DNA of 32,000 nt from Methylophaga frappieri (GCF_000260965.1 NC_017856.1:720001-752000), one strand, 5' to 3'. Positions 7,595 through 17,494 are shown, counted from the stretch's first letter. The notes: a model not told the origin generated them from the sequence alone. Translations and numbers: made by a program.

Positions 7595-8513
7595 AATACT
7601 CGCGGGCGGCTTCGCAATCCTGCTCGATCTGATGCATCAACGCTGACAAATCGCCAAACTTCTGCTCATCGCGAATTTTTTGTAAAAACACCACCTGCAC
7701 ATGAGCACCATAAATATCTCGGTCAAAATCAAGTAAATGCACTTCGAGCAAGGCTTTATTGCCCCCAATCGTCGGTCGAATACCGATATTGGCCACCCCC
7801 ATTACGGGCTCACCATCAATGCCAAATAATTGCACTGCATACACGCCTCGCAGCGGCACCTTATAGCGATGCAGATGAATATTGGCTGTGGGGAAACCCA
7901 TTTGCCGACCGCGCTTGTCACCATGCGCGACCCGTCCACTCATCCGATAAGGCCGCCCCAGTAATTTTTCCGCCAGTTTCAGCTGGCTGGCCTGCAGCGC
8001 CTGTCGGATACGGGTACTACTGACCCGCATGTCATCTACACCAAAAGTGTGCATATTAACGACTTGAAATCCATGCTGTTTTCCCGCTGCTTGGAGCATG
8101 GCAAAATCACCCTGTCGCTGATAGCCAAATCGAAAATCATCACCAACGACCAGATATGCCACCTGAAGTCCGGAAACCAACAAAGATTCGATAAATGTCT
8201 GCGCTGACATTGAGGCAAGCTGCTCATTGAAGCGCAACACACAAAGTTTTTGGATGGAATAAGCGCGTAGCGCCTCTACCTTTTCCCGAAACCGACTCAG
8301 TCTTGCCGGCGCCTTTTCTGGCACAAAATATTCATAGGGCTGCGGCTCAAAGGTAATCACCACCGCGGGCAAGCCAAGCATATCGGCTTTGGTGGCTAAT
8401 TGGGATAATACAGCCTGATGACCAAGGTGAACCCCATCAAAATTGCCGATCGTGGCAACACAACGGCATGGCGGTCTGGGCAAATTATGCAGCCCGCGAA
8501 TAATTTTTATCAT
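7575..8513 (-). CDS. ribF: bifunctional riboflavin kinase / FAD synthetase
   Basis: 312 aa. 'GNFDGVHLGHQ' nucleotidyltransferase motif, 'GDDFRFG', and C-terminal riboflavin kinase 'GFPTANI' / 'GVANIGIRPT'. Confidence 0.95.
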   Translation of the reverse strand: MIKIIRGLHNLPRPPCRCVATIGNFDGVHLGHQAVLSQLATKADMLGLPAVVITFEPQPYEYFVPEKAPARLSRFREKVEALRAYSIQKLCVLRFNEQLASMSAQTFIESLLVSGLQVAYLVVGDDFRFGYQRQGDFAMLQAAGKQHGFQVVNMHTFGVDDMRVSSTRIRQALQASQLKLAEKLLGRPYRMSGRVAHGDKRGRQMGFPTANIHLHRYKVPLRGVYAVQLFGIDGEPVMGVANIGIRPTIGGNKALLEVHLLDFDRDIYGAHVQVVFLQKIRDEQKFGDLSALMHQIEQDCEAAREYFTHCPA

Positions 8514-8632
8514 GGCGATAGTTAATTTTTAAATGGTCACCAGCATAGGCATAAATGACTGAACATTCCAGCAGGCATGTCCGACTCATTTTATTTTATA
8601 ATAAAGGGCTATGCTGTTACGTTGAGGCCGTC

Positions 8633-8878
8633 ATGGTAGCAAAACGCAAAAAACTTGATTACGAATCGGCTGTCGCCGAGTTGGAACTGCTGGTCGAAAA
8701 ACTGGAACAGGGCGATATCTCCTTGGAAGAATCGCTAAAACTCTATGAGCGAGGCGTATTGTTGACACGAGACTGTCAGGAAGCCTTACAGACAGCCGAG
8801 CAAAAAGTGCAACTCTTAGCCAAACAAAACGGTCAGTCTACGCTTACTGATTTTGATGACGATACTGACGACTCGTGA
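8633..8878 (+). CDS. xseB: exodeoxyribonuclease VII small subunit
   Basis: The track ORF starts at 8555, but the XseB-like sequence begins at the ATG at 8633 ('...YESAVAELELLVEKLEQGDISLEESLKLYERGV'). That gives 81 aa, with GAGG 6 nt upstream. Confidence 0.9.
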   Translation: MVAKRKKLDYESAVAELELLVEKLEQGDISLEESLKLYERGVLLTRDCQEALQTAEQKVQLLAKQNGQSTLTDFDDDTDDS

Positions 8879-9765
8879 CTGATTGTTTTTCTCTGCCTGA
8901 TTGGATGCGGGCGCAACAACAACGTGTTGGCACGGCGCTTGAGTTAGCCTTGCAACTTGCCACGCCCGCTGACACTCTGCTTGCTGCCATGCAATATGCC
9001 ACGCTTAATGGCGGCAAACGCTTAAGAGCCATGTTGGTTTATGCCACTGGAGAAGCCTTTGAAGCGGAACCCTCAGCCCTTGATTCAGTGGCTTGCGCGG
9101 TTGAAATGATACATGCCTATTCTCTGATTCATGATGACATGCCGATGATGGATAATGATGACTTGCGTCGGGGCCGACCAAGCTGTCATAAAGCTTTTGA
9201 TGAATCAACTGCCCTGCTGGCAGGTGATGCACTGCAAACACTGGCTTTTCATCACTTGTCAGAAACCGCCTTGTTAGCGGAGCAAAAGCTAGCAATGATC
9301 CGGGAGTTAGCATTCCAAAGTGGCATTATGGGGATGGCAGGTGGACAGGCGCTTGATTTACAAAGTGTCGGCAGTGAACTGGATTTAACCACCTTGCAAC
9401 AAATGCATCGACTGAAAACAGGTGCTTTGATTGAGGCAAGCGTGATGATGGGTGTATATTGTGCGCCCGAGGTTCCAGCGCATACCTACCCTGCCCTGAG
9501 ACGCTATGCTGCTGCACTGGGTCTGGCCTTTCAAGTGCAGGATGATGTACTGGATGTCATTGCAGATACCCAAACACTTGGTAAGCAACAAGGGGCAGAC
9601 GCCGCGCGCGACAAACCCACTTACCCGGCCTTACTTGGCCTTGCTAATGCCCAGGACAAAGCAAAGGATTTAATTGAAGAAGCCCTGACCGCCCTTGCTG
9701 AAATACCTGTTGAAACTCAAGCATTAGCGGCCCTTGCCAGATTTGTTGTGCAGCGGGAATTCTAA
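8875..9765 (+). CDS. ispA: (2E,6E)-farnesyl diphosphate synthase
   Basis: 296 aa. First and second Asp-rich motifs '[16 protein letters not shown]' and 'FQVQDDVLD'. The GTG start overlaps the xseB stop (GTGA). This is the classic xseB-ispA-dxs order. Confidence 0.93.
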   Translation: MTDCFSLPDWMRAQQQRVGTALELALQLATPADTLLAAMQYATLNGGKRLRAMLVYATGEAFEAEPSALDSVACAVEMIHAYSLIHDDMPMMDNDDLRRGRPSCHKAFDESTALLAGDALQTLAFHHLSETALLAEQKLAMIRELAFQSGIMGMAGGQALDLQSVGSELDLTTLQQMHRLKTGALIEASVMMGVYCAPEVPAHTYPALRRYAAALGLAFQVQDDVLDVIADTQTLGKQQGADAARDKPTYPALLGLANAQDKAKDLIEEALTALAEIPVETQALAALARFVVQREF

Positions 9766-9770
9766 AAAGA

Positions 9771-11603
9771 ATGAATATTATGAGCCGTCTGTTGGAGCAA
9801 ATTGACTCACCCCAGGATCTGCGTCAGTTATCGCGTAAACAATTACCACAACTGGCCAGCGAGATTCGGGCACTGATTATTGACAGTGTCCAACAAACTG
9901 GCGGGCATATTGCTTCCAATTTAGGTGTAATAGAACTCACGCTTGCCCTGCATTACGTGTTTAATACCCCGGAAGACCGACTGGTTTGGGATGTCGGTCA
10001 TCAAAGCTATGCGCACAAAATTATTACCGGTCGTCGCGACAAAATGCATACCATGCGCCAAGCTGATGGCTTGTCTGGCTTTCCTAAACGTAGTGAAAGT
10101 CCCTTTGATAGCTTTGGTGTCGGCCACTCCAGCACCTCGGTGAGTGCTGCACTGGGCATGGCGCTGGCCGCCCAAAGTAATCAGGATGCTCGACGGGCAG
10201 TTGCCATTATTGGTGATGGTGCCTTAACCGCGGGGCAGGCATATGAAGCCCTTGCCCATGCCGGCGATTTGAGTGCCAATCTGTTGGTGGTGCTTAATGA
10301 CAACGAAATGTCCATTTCACGCAATGTGGGTGGTATGGCCAACTATTTGGCGCGTTTGTTATCCAGTCGTTTTTATACCAGCGCCCGTGAAGGCAGCAAA
10401 AAAGTATTGGAAAAAATTCCTTCTGCCTGGGAAATCGCAAGACGCGCTGAAGAGCACATGAAAGGCATGGTAGTGCCTGGTACGCTGTTTGAAGAAATGG
10501 GCTTTAACTACATTGGCCCGATTGATGGCCATAATCTGGATACTCTGATTACCACGCTCGGTAATTTGCGTAATTGTAAAGGCCCTCAATTTCTGCATAT
10601 TGTGACAAAAAAAGGCAAAGGGTTTACCCCAGCCGAACAAGAACCTTGCAAATACCATGGGGTTAGTCCGGCTGGCGGTAAGTCGTCAGCCGGAAAAAGT
10701 TATACCCAAGTGTTCAGTGACTGGCTCGTTGACATGGCGGTGGCGGACAAACAATTAATCGGCATCACACCGGCAATGTGTGAAGGCTCAGGACTGAATC
10801 GGTTCGCCGAGCGGTTTCCAGATCGATATTTCGATGTGGGCATTGCCGAACAGCATGCGGTGACGCTAGCAGCCGGATTGGCCTGCGAGAATAAAAAACC
10901 GGTAGTAGCGATTTATTCCACCTTTTTACAGCGGGCTTATGATCAGTTAATCCATGATGTAGCTTTGCAAAATCTGCCGGTGCTGTTTGCAATTGATCGC
11001 GCCGGTTTGGTTGGTGCTGACGGGCCAACGCATGCAGGTAGTTTTGATCTGACTTATTTACGCTGTATTCCAAATATGCTGATTATGGCACCTGCTGATG
11101 AGAATGAATGCCGGCAAATGTTAACAACCGGATTTCACTTTGATGGTCCAGCTGCCGTGCGATATCCACGGGGAGTCGGATCAGGCAGCCCGGTTCAACC
11201 GGATTTGTCAGCCCTGCCAATTGGCAAAGCCAAACAACTCCGGCAAGGCCAAAAAGTCGCTATTCTGGCTTTTGGCAGTATGCTGTCAGCAGCGCTGGAA
11301 GCGGGAGAAAAAACAGATGCCAGCGTCATCAATATGCGGTTTGTAAAACCACTGGATACCACACTGATTAACCAGCTTGCTGATTCTCATGACCTGCTGA
11401 TAACGATTGAAGAAAATGCCGTCGCTGGTGGTGCGGGCAGTGGTGTTGCGGAATATCTGTCCAGCATTGGCAGCAAAACGCCCATTCGTCTTATAGGCTT
11501 GCCGGATCGATTTCAGGATCAGGGCAACCATCAACAGATGTTGAACGATGTCGGGCTCTCTGCAAACGGCTTGATCGATACCATCAATCGTTTTTTTGCG
11601 TGA
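9771..11603 (+). CDS. dxs: 1-deoxy-D-xylulose-5-phosphate synthase
   Basis: 610 aa. 'GHSSTS' and the ThDP motif '[15 protein letters not shown]...NDN'. The transketolase-like C-terminal domains are present. Confidence 0.95.
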   Translation: MNIMSRLLEQIDSPQDLRQLSRKQLPQLASEIRALIIDSVQQTGGHIASNLGVIELTLALHYVFNTPEDRLVWDVGHQSYAHKIITGRRDKMHTMRQADGLSGFPKRSESPFDSFGVGHSSTSVSAALGMALAAQSNQDARRAVAIIGDGALTAGQAYEALAHAGDLSANLLVVLNDNEMSISRNVGGMANYLARLLSSRFYTSAREGSKKVLEKIPSAWEIARRAEEHMKGMVVPGTLFEEMGFNYIGPIDGHNLDTLITTLGNLRNCKGPQFLHIVTKKGKGFTPAEQEPCKYHGVSPAGGKSSAGKSYTQVFSDWLVDMAVADKQLIGITPAMCEGSGLNRFAERFPDRYFDVGIAEQHAVTLAAGLACENKKPVVAIYSTFLQRAYDQLIHDVALQNLPVLFAIDRAGLVGADGPTHAGSFDLTYLRCIPNMLIMAPADENECRQMLTTGFHFDGPAAVRYPRGVGSGSPVQPDLSALPIGKAKQLRQGQKVAILAFGSMLSAALEAGEKTDASVINMRFVKPLDTTLINQLADSHDLLITIEENAVAGGAGSGVAEYLSSIGSKTPIRLIGLPDRFQDQGNHQQMLNDVGLSANGLIDTINRFFA

Positions 11604-11620
11604 TAATACCCTGTTATCAC
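11600..11620 (+). repeat. inverted repeat GTGATAA-N7-TTATCAC spanning the dxs stop codon
   Basis: 7-bp arms and a 7-nt loop 'taccctg'. It is followed by TATAAT (11635-11640) and then the queD ATG at 11650. Confidence 0.3.
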
Positions 11621-11649
11621 AGCTAATTCCTGAGTATAATAATCCCACT

Positions 11650-12030
11650 ATGAGCGCGTTCTACACCTTGAAAATTCTTGCGGATTTTGCTTCAGCACAT
11701 ACCCTGCGAGATTACCCCGGCGATTGCCGCCGAATGCATGGCCATAACTGGAAAGTCGAAGTTGAAGTTGTGGCAAGTGCGCTAAACCAGCACGGCATGG
11801 GCATGGATTTTAAAACCATCAAAACTGCTACCCGTGAATTGGCCAAAACGCTGGATCATCGCTATCTCAATGATATTCCGCCATTTGACGAAATTAATCC
11901 TACTGCCGAAAATATTGCGCGGTACTTTTTTCAGCAATTGAGCCAAACACTTAATGATGATATCGCCCGGGTTTCAGGCGTGACACTGTGGGAAACCGAT
12001 CGCGCCTGCGTTAAATACAGCGAGGATTAA
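11650..12030 (+). CDS. queD: 6-carboxy-5,6,7,8-tetrahydropterin synthase (QueD / PTPS family)
   Basis: The track ORF starts at TTG 11596. The family-typical N-terminus starts at the ATG at 11650 ('[17 protein letters not shown]'). The Cx3HGH motif 'CRRMHGHNW' favours QueD. No obvious SD. Confidence 0.8.
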   Translation: MSAFYTLKILADFASAHTLRDYPGDCRRMHGHNWKVEVEVVASALNQHGMGMDFKTIKTATRELAKTLDHRYLNDIPPFDEINPTAENIARYFFQQLSQTLNDDIARVSGVTLWETDRACVKYSED

Positions 12031-12037
12031 ACACCTA

Positions 12038-12844
12038 ATGACCGAACAACATAAACCGACTACTGCGACTGAAATCGAAGATGTGCAAAACATCAAAGAT
12101 AAACGCCACATCGCCATCGATAAAGTCGGTATTAAAGATATTCGCCATCCCGTGGTGGTCAGTGACCGGACAACTGGTGAACAGCATACAGTTGCTAACT
12201 TCAACATGTACGTCAATCTGCCGCACGAGTTCAAAGGCACGCACATGTCGCGGTTTGTAGAGATTTTGAACCAGCATGAACGCGAAATTACTGTCCAATC
12301 GTTTCATACCATGTTGGGTGAAATGACAGAGCGGCTTGACGCTCAATCCGGTTATATTGAAATGAGCTTCCCTTATTTTGTGAATAAGGAAGCGCCGGTT
12401 TCTAAAGTGCGAAGCCTGATGGATTATCAAGTCAGTTTTGTTGGCGAAATAATCCAAGGCAAAACCAGTATGACCGTTAAGGTGGTTGTGCCGGTAACCA
12501 GCCTGTGTCCGTGTTCAAAGAATATTTCTGATTATGGGGCACATAATCAGCGATCGCACGTCACCCTGACAGTGAAAACAGACAGCTTTATCTGGATTGA
12601 AGATCTGATTGACCTAGTTGAAGACGAGGCGTCCTGCCAGATTTACGGTTTGTTGAAACGTCCCGATGAAAAATATGTCACCGAGCATGCCTATGACAAT
12701 CCAAAATTTGTTGAAGACATGGTGCGTGATGTCGCGGCGAGACTGAATGCCGACAAACGGATTCAGGCATATACCGTCGAATCAGAGAACTTCGAGTCGA
12801 TTCATAATCACTCTGCCTACGCGCTGATCACAAACGGTTTTTAA
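12038..12844 (+). CDS. folE2: GTP cyclohydrolase I type 2 (GCYH-IB, FolE2)
   Basis: 268 aa. It matches the FolE2/MptA family throughout ('[17 protein letters not shown]', 'SLCPCSK', 'HNQRS', '[10 protein letters not shown]'). Confidence 0.9.
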   Translation: MTEQHKPTTATEIEDVQNIKDKRHIAIDKVGIKDIRHPVVVSDRTTGEQHTVANFNMYVNLPHEFKGTHMSRFVEILNQHEREITVQSFHTMLGEMTERLDAQSGYIEMSFPYFVNKEAPVSKVRSLMDYQVSFVGEIIQGKTSMTVKVVVPVTSLCPCSKNISDYGAHNQRSHVTLTVKTDSFIWIEDLIDLVEDEASCQIYGLLKRPDEKYVTEHAYDNPKFVEDMVRDVAARLNADKRIQAYTVESENFESIHNHSAYALITNGF

Positions 12845-12890
12845 TCGCCACACGGCTATTGATTTTTCAATTACAACAGCAGCCTATAGC

Positions 12891-12912
12891 AAAGCCCGGA
12901 ATGCCGGGCTTT
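12891..12912. terminator. GC-rich hairpin between convergent folE2 and the aspartic protease gene
   Basis: 'aaagcccgg-aatg-ccgggcttt': a 9-bp stem and a 4-nt loop. The A/T runs are part of the stem, so it could act in both directions. Confidence 0.55.
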
Positions 12913-12913
12913 A

Positions 12914-13567
12914 CTAGAATTTCTGTATCAGATCCAACCGCTCACCTTGACGTTGCAGATCAAGATTTTTTAAAAAACTCATCCCTAACAAGGCCACTTC
13001 AGGTGAGTTGCCATCGACGACAACGGCAACAACTTGGTGACGCGTAATCTCGCCTAGCTGAACTTTGTCTAGCGTCACTTGATAGCCCGTAGTCTGACCT
13101 GATGCAGTTCGAATCCGCACTCTTGGCGCCTGCAAATAATCTAAACCTAATCGTTCCGCTGTAGGAGCATTCATAGCAATCGCCGATGCCCCCGTATCAA
13201 CCAAAAAATCCACACTGAAATCATTGATACTGCCACTGGTCAGATACATGCCGTTGGTCGGCCACAAACTGACGATTGGCCCTGCTTCCGCAGCAGCAAA
13301 TTCACTTTTTATCTGCATGCCTAACGGAAATTGCTGCTGTTTGCCATTTACCAACAAAGTGGCGACATTACTATTGGCCGCAATCAGCTTAATGCCTTCT
13401 TTACTGCTTTCACCAACCTGTAGTAACTGTCTGTTGCCATTAATCTCCACGACAGCACGATCCCGAAACAAACCGGTGACCTGAATATTCAATGCTGCAT
13501 CGGCCCAAACAACAACAGGCATGAGAAACAGTATAATAATCCTTTTAATCATTGACTCTACGCGCAT
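12914..13567 (-). CDS. retropepsin-like (clan AA, TIGR02281-type) aspartic protease with N-terminal signal/anchor
   Basis: Track ORF 12914..13705. Catalytic 'FLVDTGASAIAM' motif. I prefer the ATG at 13567 (MRVESMIKRIIILFLMPVVVWADA) because GGAGAA lies just upstream. The longer version would overlap the mobA start on the other strand. Confidence 0.75.
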   Translation of the reverse strand: MRVESMIKRIIILFLMPVVVWADAALNIQVTGLFRDRAVVEINGNRQLLQVGESSKEGIKLIAANSNVATLLVNGKQQQFPLGMQIKSEFAAAEAGPIVSLWPTNGMYLTSGSINDFSVDFLVDTGASAIAMNAPTAERLGLDYLQAPRVRIRTASGQTTGYQVTLDKVQLGEITRHQVVAVVVDGNSPEVALLGMSFLKNLDLQRQGERLDLIQKF

Positions 13568-13596
13568 GAATTCTCCGTATTTACGACTTAGCCACA

Positions 13597-14718
13597 ATGC
13601 AAATTGATGCCTCGCCGACGGTAACGGGTTTGATCCTCGCTGGTGGTCGAGGTCGACGTGTTGCCGGCGAAGATAAGGGACTGATGGACTTCCAGAACCA
13701 GCCATTAATAGCGCACGTGATTCAGCGTCTGTACCCTCAGGTAGAGCAGCTTTGTATTAGCGCAAATCGTAATATAGAACGTTACCGTCAATTTGGCTAT
13801 TCAGTAATTCCGGATGAGCTAAAGAATTATCCTGGCCCATTGGCCGGTATCGCAGCCGGATTGAACGCTGCGACGACTGATTATGTATTGACGGTACCTT
13901 GTGATGCCCCCCTATTGCATCCACAACTGCGTCAACGATTAGTAGAAACCTTGTTACGCTCCGGTAAAACACTGGCAATGGCCTTTGCTGATAACCGATT
14001 GCAACCGGTATGCAGTCTACTCCCGGTGAATTTGGCTAGCGATATTAAGACGCTCCTTGAGCAAGGTGAGCGCAAAGTGGATCAATTAGCCGCACGTTTC
14101 CCAACGGCAATGGTTGATTTTCGTGATGCACCCGAGTGTTTTTTGAACCTAAACCGACCAGAAGACTGGCGCAGCCCTCCCCTGATTTGTCCCAAACCAT
14201 TACTAGGGATTGCCGCGTTCAGTGGCACAGGCAAAACCACTTTACTGTGCCGGTTATTGCCGATACTGCGACAGCGTGGGATCCGCGTTGCGGTAATTAA
14301 ACATGCCCATCATCAATTCGATATTGATAAACCGGGCAAAGACAGTTATGAAATTCGTCAAGCCGGTGCGCATCAGGTTATTGTTGCCTCAAGCCAGTTA
14401 TTCGCATTGATGCAAAAATCAGACGGCAATCATGCCGAGGTATGGCTGTCATCCTGTCTGGCACGACTAGATTACACGCCTATCGATCTGGTTTTGGTGG
14501 AGGGCTTTAAACAGTCTGCCATTCCTAAACTTGAGTTGCATCGCCCCAGTTTGGGACATCCTCTAATGGCACTTGAGGATCCGAATATTGTTGCCCTTGC
14601 CACCGATGTCGAAATTCCCCCGCCAGCAAGCGTAAAGATGCTGAATTTAAATGATGTTGGTAATATAGCTGATTACGTTCAACAGTTTATCCAGCATCCT
14701 ATATCTTTCCATGAGTGA
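13597..14718 (+). CDS. mobA: fused molybdenum cofactor guanylyltransferase MobA (N-terminal) / MobB GTP-binding adaptor (C-terminal)
   Basis: 373 aa. The MobA motif 'LILAGGRGRRVAGEDKGL' is in the first ~190 aa. The MobB Walker A 'AFSGTGKTTLL' and 'LVEGFK' are in the last ~170 aa. Confidence 0.88.
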   Translation: MQIDASPTVTGLILAGGRGRRVAGEDKGLMDFQNQPLIAHVIQRLYPQVEQLCISANRNIERYRQFGYSVIPDELKNYPGPLAGIAAGLNAATTDYVLTVPCDAPLLHPQLRQRLVETLLRSGKTLAMAFADNRLQPVCSLLPVNLASDIKTLLEQGERKVDQLAARFPTAMVDFRDAPECFLNLNRPEDWRSPPLICPKPLLGIAAFSGTGKTTLLCRLLPILRQRGIRVAVIKHAHHQFDIDKPGKDSYEIRQAGAHQVIVASSQLFALMQKSDGNHAEVWLSSCLARLDYTPIDLVLVEGFKQSAIPKLELHRPSLGHPLMALEDPNIVALATDVEIPPPASVKMLNLNDVGNIADYVQQFIQHPISFHE

Positions 14719-15967
14719 ATTACCTGCAAACGATAGTTGCGCTAGCGACGAATTGCCAAGCGTGCTTCGTGTCGATGCCGCACGCGAGGCGATTTTGTCC
14801 GTAATTCAACCGATCACCGCAGTGCAGAAATCCCCTATCCGATTAGCCTTAAATCACGTGTTAGCCGAAGCTATCCTATCACCAGTTAATGTACCGCCTT
14901 TTGATAATTCAGCCATGGACGGTTATGCGTTTGCATGCGCTGATCTGAAAACCACCGCAAAGTTAACAATGGCTGGTAAAGCACTGGCTGGGCAACCCTA
15001 TACTGAGCGCTTGCACGCTGGCGAATGTATTCGAATTATGACCGGCGCGGTTATTCCGGCTGGCTGCGATACCGTCGTGATGCAAGAACAAGTCACGGTT
15101 GAGGACGATTTAATCACGTTTCCAGCGAATGTCATTGCAGGTCAGAATGTTCGTCGCGCTGGTGAGGACATGGCTAAAGGCACGAGCGTATTTGAAGCTG
15201 GAAGGCGACTTCAAGCCGCTGACCTCGGCTCACTCGCCGCTATCGGCGTTGCAGAACTGACAACATACCGACCACTTCGTGTGGCGTTTTTTTCTACCGG
15301 TGATGAACTAAAACCAATTGGTCAGTCCCTCAACCCTGGCGATATCTATGACAGTAATCGCTATACCCTTTTTGGCATGTTGGCCCGTTTACATGTCGAG
15401 CCGATTGATTTAGGCGTGGTGCCGGATCAACCAGATGCACTGCGTCAGGTGTTAAGTGATGCCGCCACAAAAGCAGATGTGATTATCAGTTCGGGCGGCG
15501 TATCTGTCGGCGAGGCTGATTTTGTAAAGTCTGTATTGCAACAAATAGGCCAGGTTAATTTTTGGAAAATTGCCATGAAACCCGGCAGACCGCTTGCTTT
15601 TGGGCATATTAAGTCTGTCCCTTTTTTTGGTCTGCCAGGCAATCCGGTCTCGGTTATGGTGACGTTTTATCAATTTGTCTTGCCGGCGCTATTAAAACTG
15701 GCCGGGCAAAACGCGGAAAAACCCTTTCATATCCAAGTCAAAACGAGCGAATCCATCATCAAACGTAGCGGCCGGTTCGAATTTCAGCGTGGCATAATCG
15801 ATTATGATGCACAGGGCCAATTGCATGTTCGGCTGGCCGGAAAACAAGGCTCCGGCATATTGAGCTCCATGAGTCGCGCGAATTGTTTTATTTTGCTGGA
15901 TGAAACGTGCCAAGGTGTTGCTGCTGGCGACACGGTCACCGTTCAGCCTTTTGCAGGTCTAATCTGA
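14711..15967 (+). CDS. moeA: molybdopterin molybdotransferase
   Basis: 418 aa. 'NSAMDGYA', '[11 protein letters not shown]' and 'KPGRPLAFG...GLPGNPVS'. It overlaps mobAB by 8 nt. Confidence 0.93.
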   Translation: MSELPANDSCASDELPSVLRVDAAREAILSVIQPITAVQKSPIRLALNHVLAEAILSPVNVPPFDNSAMDGYAFACADLKTTAKLTMAGKALAGQPYTERLHAGECIRIMTGAVIPAGCDTVVMQEQVTVEDDLITFPANVIAGQNVRRAGEDMAKGTSVFEAGRRLQAADLGSLAAIGVAELTTYRPLRVAFFSTGDELKPIGQSLNPGDIYDSNRYTLFGMLARLHVEPIDLGVVPDQPDALRQVLSDAATKADVIISSGGVSVGEADFVKSVLQQIGQVNFWKIAMKPGRPLAFGHIKSVPFFGLPGNPVSVMVTFYQFVLPALLKLAGQNAEKPFHIQVKTSESIIKRSGRFEFQRGIIDYDAQGQLHVRLAGKQGSGILSSMSRANCFILLDETCQGVAAGDTVTVQPFAGLI

Positions 15968-16830
15968 TGTCAGAAACACATAGTAAAAAACAGTTTGAGT
16001 TTAACAAGTTGCGTAAGCGACTTCGTCGTCAAGTAGGTCAGGCAATTGCTGACTACAACATGATTCAGGATGGCGATAAAGTGATGGTCTGCCTGTCTGG
16101 TGGTAAAGACAGCTACACCATGCTCGATATCTTGCTTAACCTGCGTGACCATGCACCAATTAATTTTGAGTTGATTGCCGTCAACTTGGATCAAAAGCAA
16201 CCGGGCTTTCCCGAAACAGTATTGCCAACGTATCTCGAGCAAATTGGCGTGCCGTATCACATTATTGAAAAAGATACCTACAGCATCGTCAAAGAAGTGG
16301 TCCCGGAAGGTAAGACAACCTGTGGTATCTGCTCTCGACTTAGACGAGGTAACTTATATAGTTATGCGCGAGAAAATGGCATCACCAAAATTGCGCTTGG
16401 CCATCACCGCGATGACATTATCGAAACCTTGTTTTTAAACATGTTTTACGGCAGCAAAATTAAGGCTATGCCGCCAAAATTGCTCAGTGATGATAAACAG
16501 AATGTGGTGATTCGTCCGCTGGCTTACGTCAAAGAAGCCGACATCGTGCAATATGCTGCAGCCCAAGAATTTCCTATTATTCCCTGTAATTTGTGCGGTT
16601 CTCAGCCAAACCTGCAACGACAAGTTATCAAAGAGATGTTGCAGGACTGGGAAAAGCACCATCCTGGTCGATTAGAAAATCTATTTCGCAGCATTCAAAA
16701 TGTCGCGCCTTCCCAATTGGCAGATACAGCACTTTTTGACTTTACTGGCTTGGAAACTCAGAGGACAACTGACCATGATGACAGTGATCCCATCAAAGAC
16801 GACCAGATTTGGGCCACTTTGGTGCAATAA
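15967..16830 (+). CDS. ttcA: tRNA 2-thiocytidine(32) synthetase
   Basis: The track ORF starts at 15907. The TtcA-like sequence starts at the ATG at 15967 ([19 protein letters not shown]), overlapping the moeA stop by 1 nt (TGATG). PP-loop 'SGGKDS', plus Cys motifs '[10 protein letters not shown]' and 'CNLCGSQ'. Confidence 0.92.
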   Translation: MSETHSKKQFEFNKLRKRLRRQVGQAIADYNMIQDGDKVMVCLSGGKDSYTMLDILLNLRDHAPINFELIAVNLDQKQPGFPETVLPTYLEQIGVPYHIIEKDTYSIVKEVVPEGKTTCGICSRLRRGNLYSYARENGITKIALGHHRDDIIETLFLNMFYGSKIKAMPPKLLSDDKQNVVIRPLAYVKEADIVQYAAAQEFPIIPCNLCGSQPNLQRQVIKEMLQDWEKHHPGRLENLFRSIQNVAPSQLADTALFDFTGLETQRTTDHDDSDPIKDDQIWATLVQ

Positions 16831-16847
16831 CAGCGCTGATTTCTCTC

Positions 16848-16872
16848 GAAAGTGAAAAACTTATTCACTTTC
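16848..16872 (+). terminator. AT-rich hairpin after ttcA (weak terminator candidate)
   Basis: 'gaaagtgaa-aaactta-ttcactttc': a 9-bp stem and a 7-nt loop, 18 nt after the ttcA stop. No T-tract follows. Confidence 0.3.
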
Positions 16873-17046
16873 CAATCTATTGTTACAGCAACTTTACAAG
16901 ACTTTATCCTAAGTCCTTGAATTGCCTGAAACGAACTGTAACACATTGTTTTATATATATTTTTATGGTGGTTATTTTTTAACCAAAATGACATCCCTTG
17001 TTAGGAAAGAAGCACTTAGCGATTTTCACCAATCTTAATCACAGAG

Positions 17047-17055
17047 TTATCCACA
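17047..17055 (+). promoter_or_regulatory. perfect DnaA box TTATCCACA
   Basis: Exact 9/9 match to the E. coli R-box consensus, located in the convergent ttcA / VOC-gene spacer. Confidence 0.4.
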
Positions 17056-17089
17056 GATTTTGTGAGTAAGTCGCTAAGCTATTGATGTG

Positions 17090-17098
17090 CGTGGATAA
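17090..17098 (-). promoter_or_regulatory. DnaA box TTATCCACG (8/9) in inverted orientation
   Basis: The + strand reads 'cgtggataa'. It lies 34 nt from the first box, and the two boxes face each other. Confidence 0.35.
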
Positions 17099-17107
17099 GC
17101 CTTTGTA

Positions 17108-17494
17108 TTAGCGTACTGGCGGCGTAAAATCCTCTGCAAATTCCAACGCATTGCCATCCGGGTCACGACAAAAAAAAGCGGCCCGTCCAGATTTACTTCT
17201 TGAATAAGCAACACCCGCTTCATCAAAACGACTAGCCAGCGCTTCAAGATCAGAAACAACTAAAGCAACATGTCGATCACGACCGCCATGTTCGGGGCGA
17301 TTTTCACGTGGATCCGGATTAGGTAACACCATCAAATGTAATTGCTGCCCATCCCCCAAGTCCAACCATGCCCCTTCAAACCAGAAATCTGGTCGGTTGT
17401 GATTCTGTTGTATGCCTAAGACGTTACAATAAAATGCTAAAGAGGCCTTGATATCGCTAACCAGAAAGCTGGCATGCGCAATTGATTTAATCAT
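17108..17494 (-). CDS. VOC / glyoxalase-bleomycin-resistance family protein
   Basis: 128 aa. 'HASFLVSDIKASLAFYCNVLG' and 'DPDGNALEF' are typical of the VOC fold. Confidence 0.8.
   Translation of the reverse strand: MIKSIAHASFLVSDIKASLAFYCNVLGIQQNHNRPDFWFEGAWLDLGDGQQLHLMVLPNPDPRENRPEHGGRDRHVALVVSDLEALASRFDEAGVAYSRSKSGRAAFFCRDPDGNALEFAEDFTPPVR

Noticed and set aside
8555-8632. Long N-terminal extensions offered by the ORF track (xseB 8555, queD 11596, protease 13705, ttcA 15907, dapE 20921, fabA 30032, TolC 31572, amidohydrolase 1499)
   Set aside because: The extensions have no family-like sequence. They often overlap the upstream gene, and internal ATGs give canonical protein lengths, N-termini and (mostly) SD sequences. 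I used the shorter versions.
11600-11649. preQ1-I riboswitch in front of queD
   Set aside because: The hairpin loop is only 7 nt, and the 3' tail ('agctaattcctgag') is not the A-rich tail with the pseudoknot-forming CUA of preQ1-I. Only a covariance-model scan (Rfam RF00522) could settle it, and by eye it does not fit.
13100-13130. tRNA-like T-arm 'tgcaGTTCGAATCCgca' followed by 'ctcttggcgcc'
   Set aside because: It lies inside the well-supported aspartic-protease CDS (- strand). The T-stem has a mismatch, and I find no matching 5' acceptor strand (CCAAGAG) or D/anticodon arms 60-75 nt upstream. I treat it as a chance match.
16831-17107. Could this DnaA-box / AT-rich spacer be oriC?
   Set aside because: There are only two good boxes. 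I found no GATC sites in the spacer, no 13-mer-type repeats that I can recognise, and no dnaA, dnaN, gidA or mioC neighbours. I kept it only as a DARS/datA-like or sRNA candidate.
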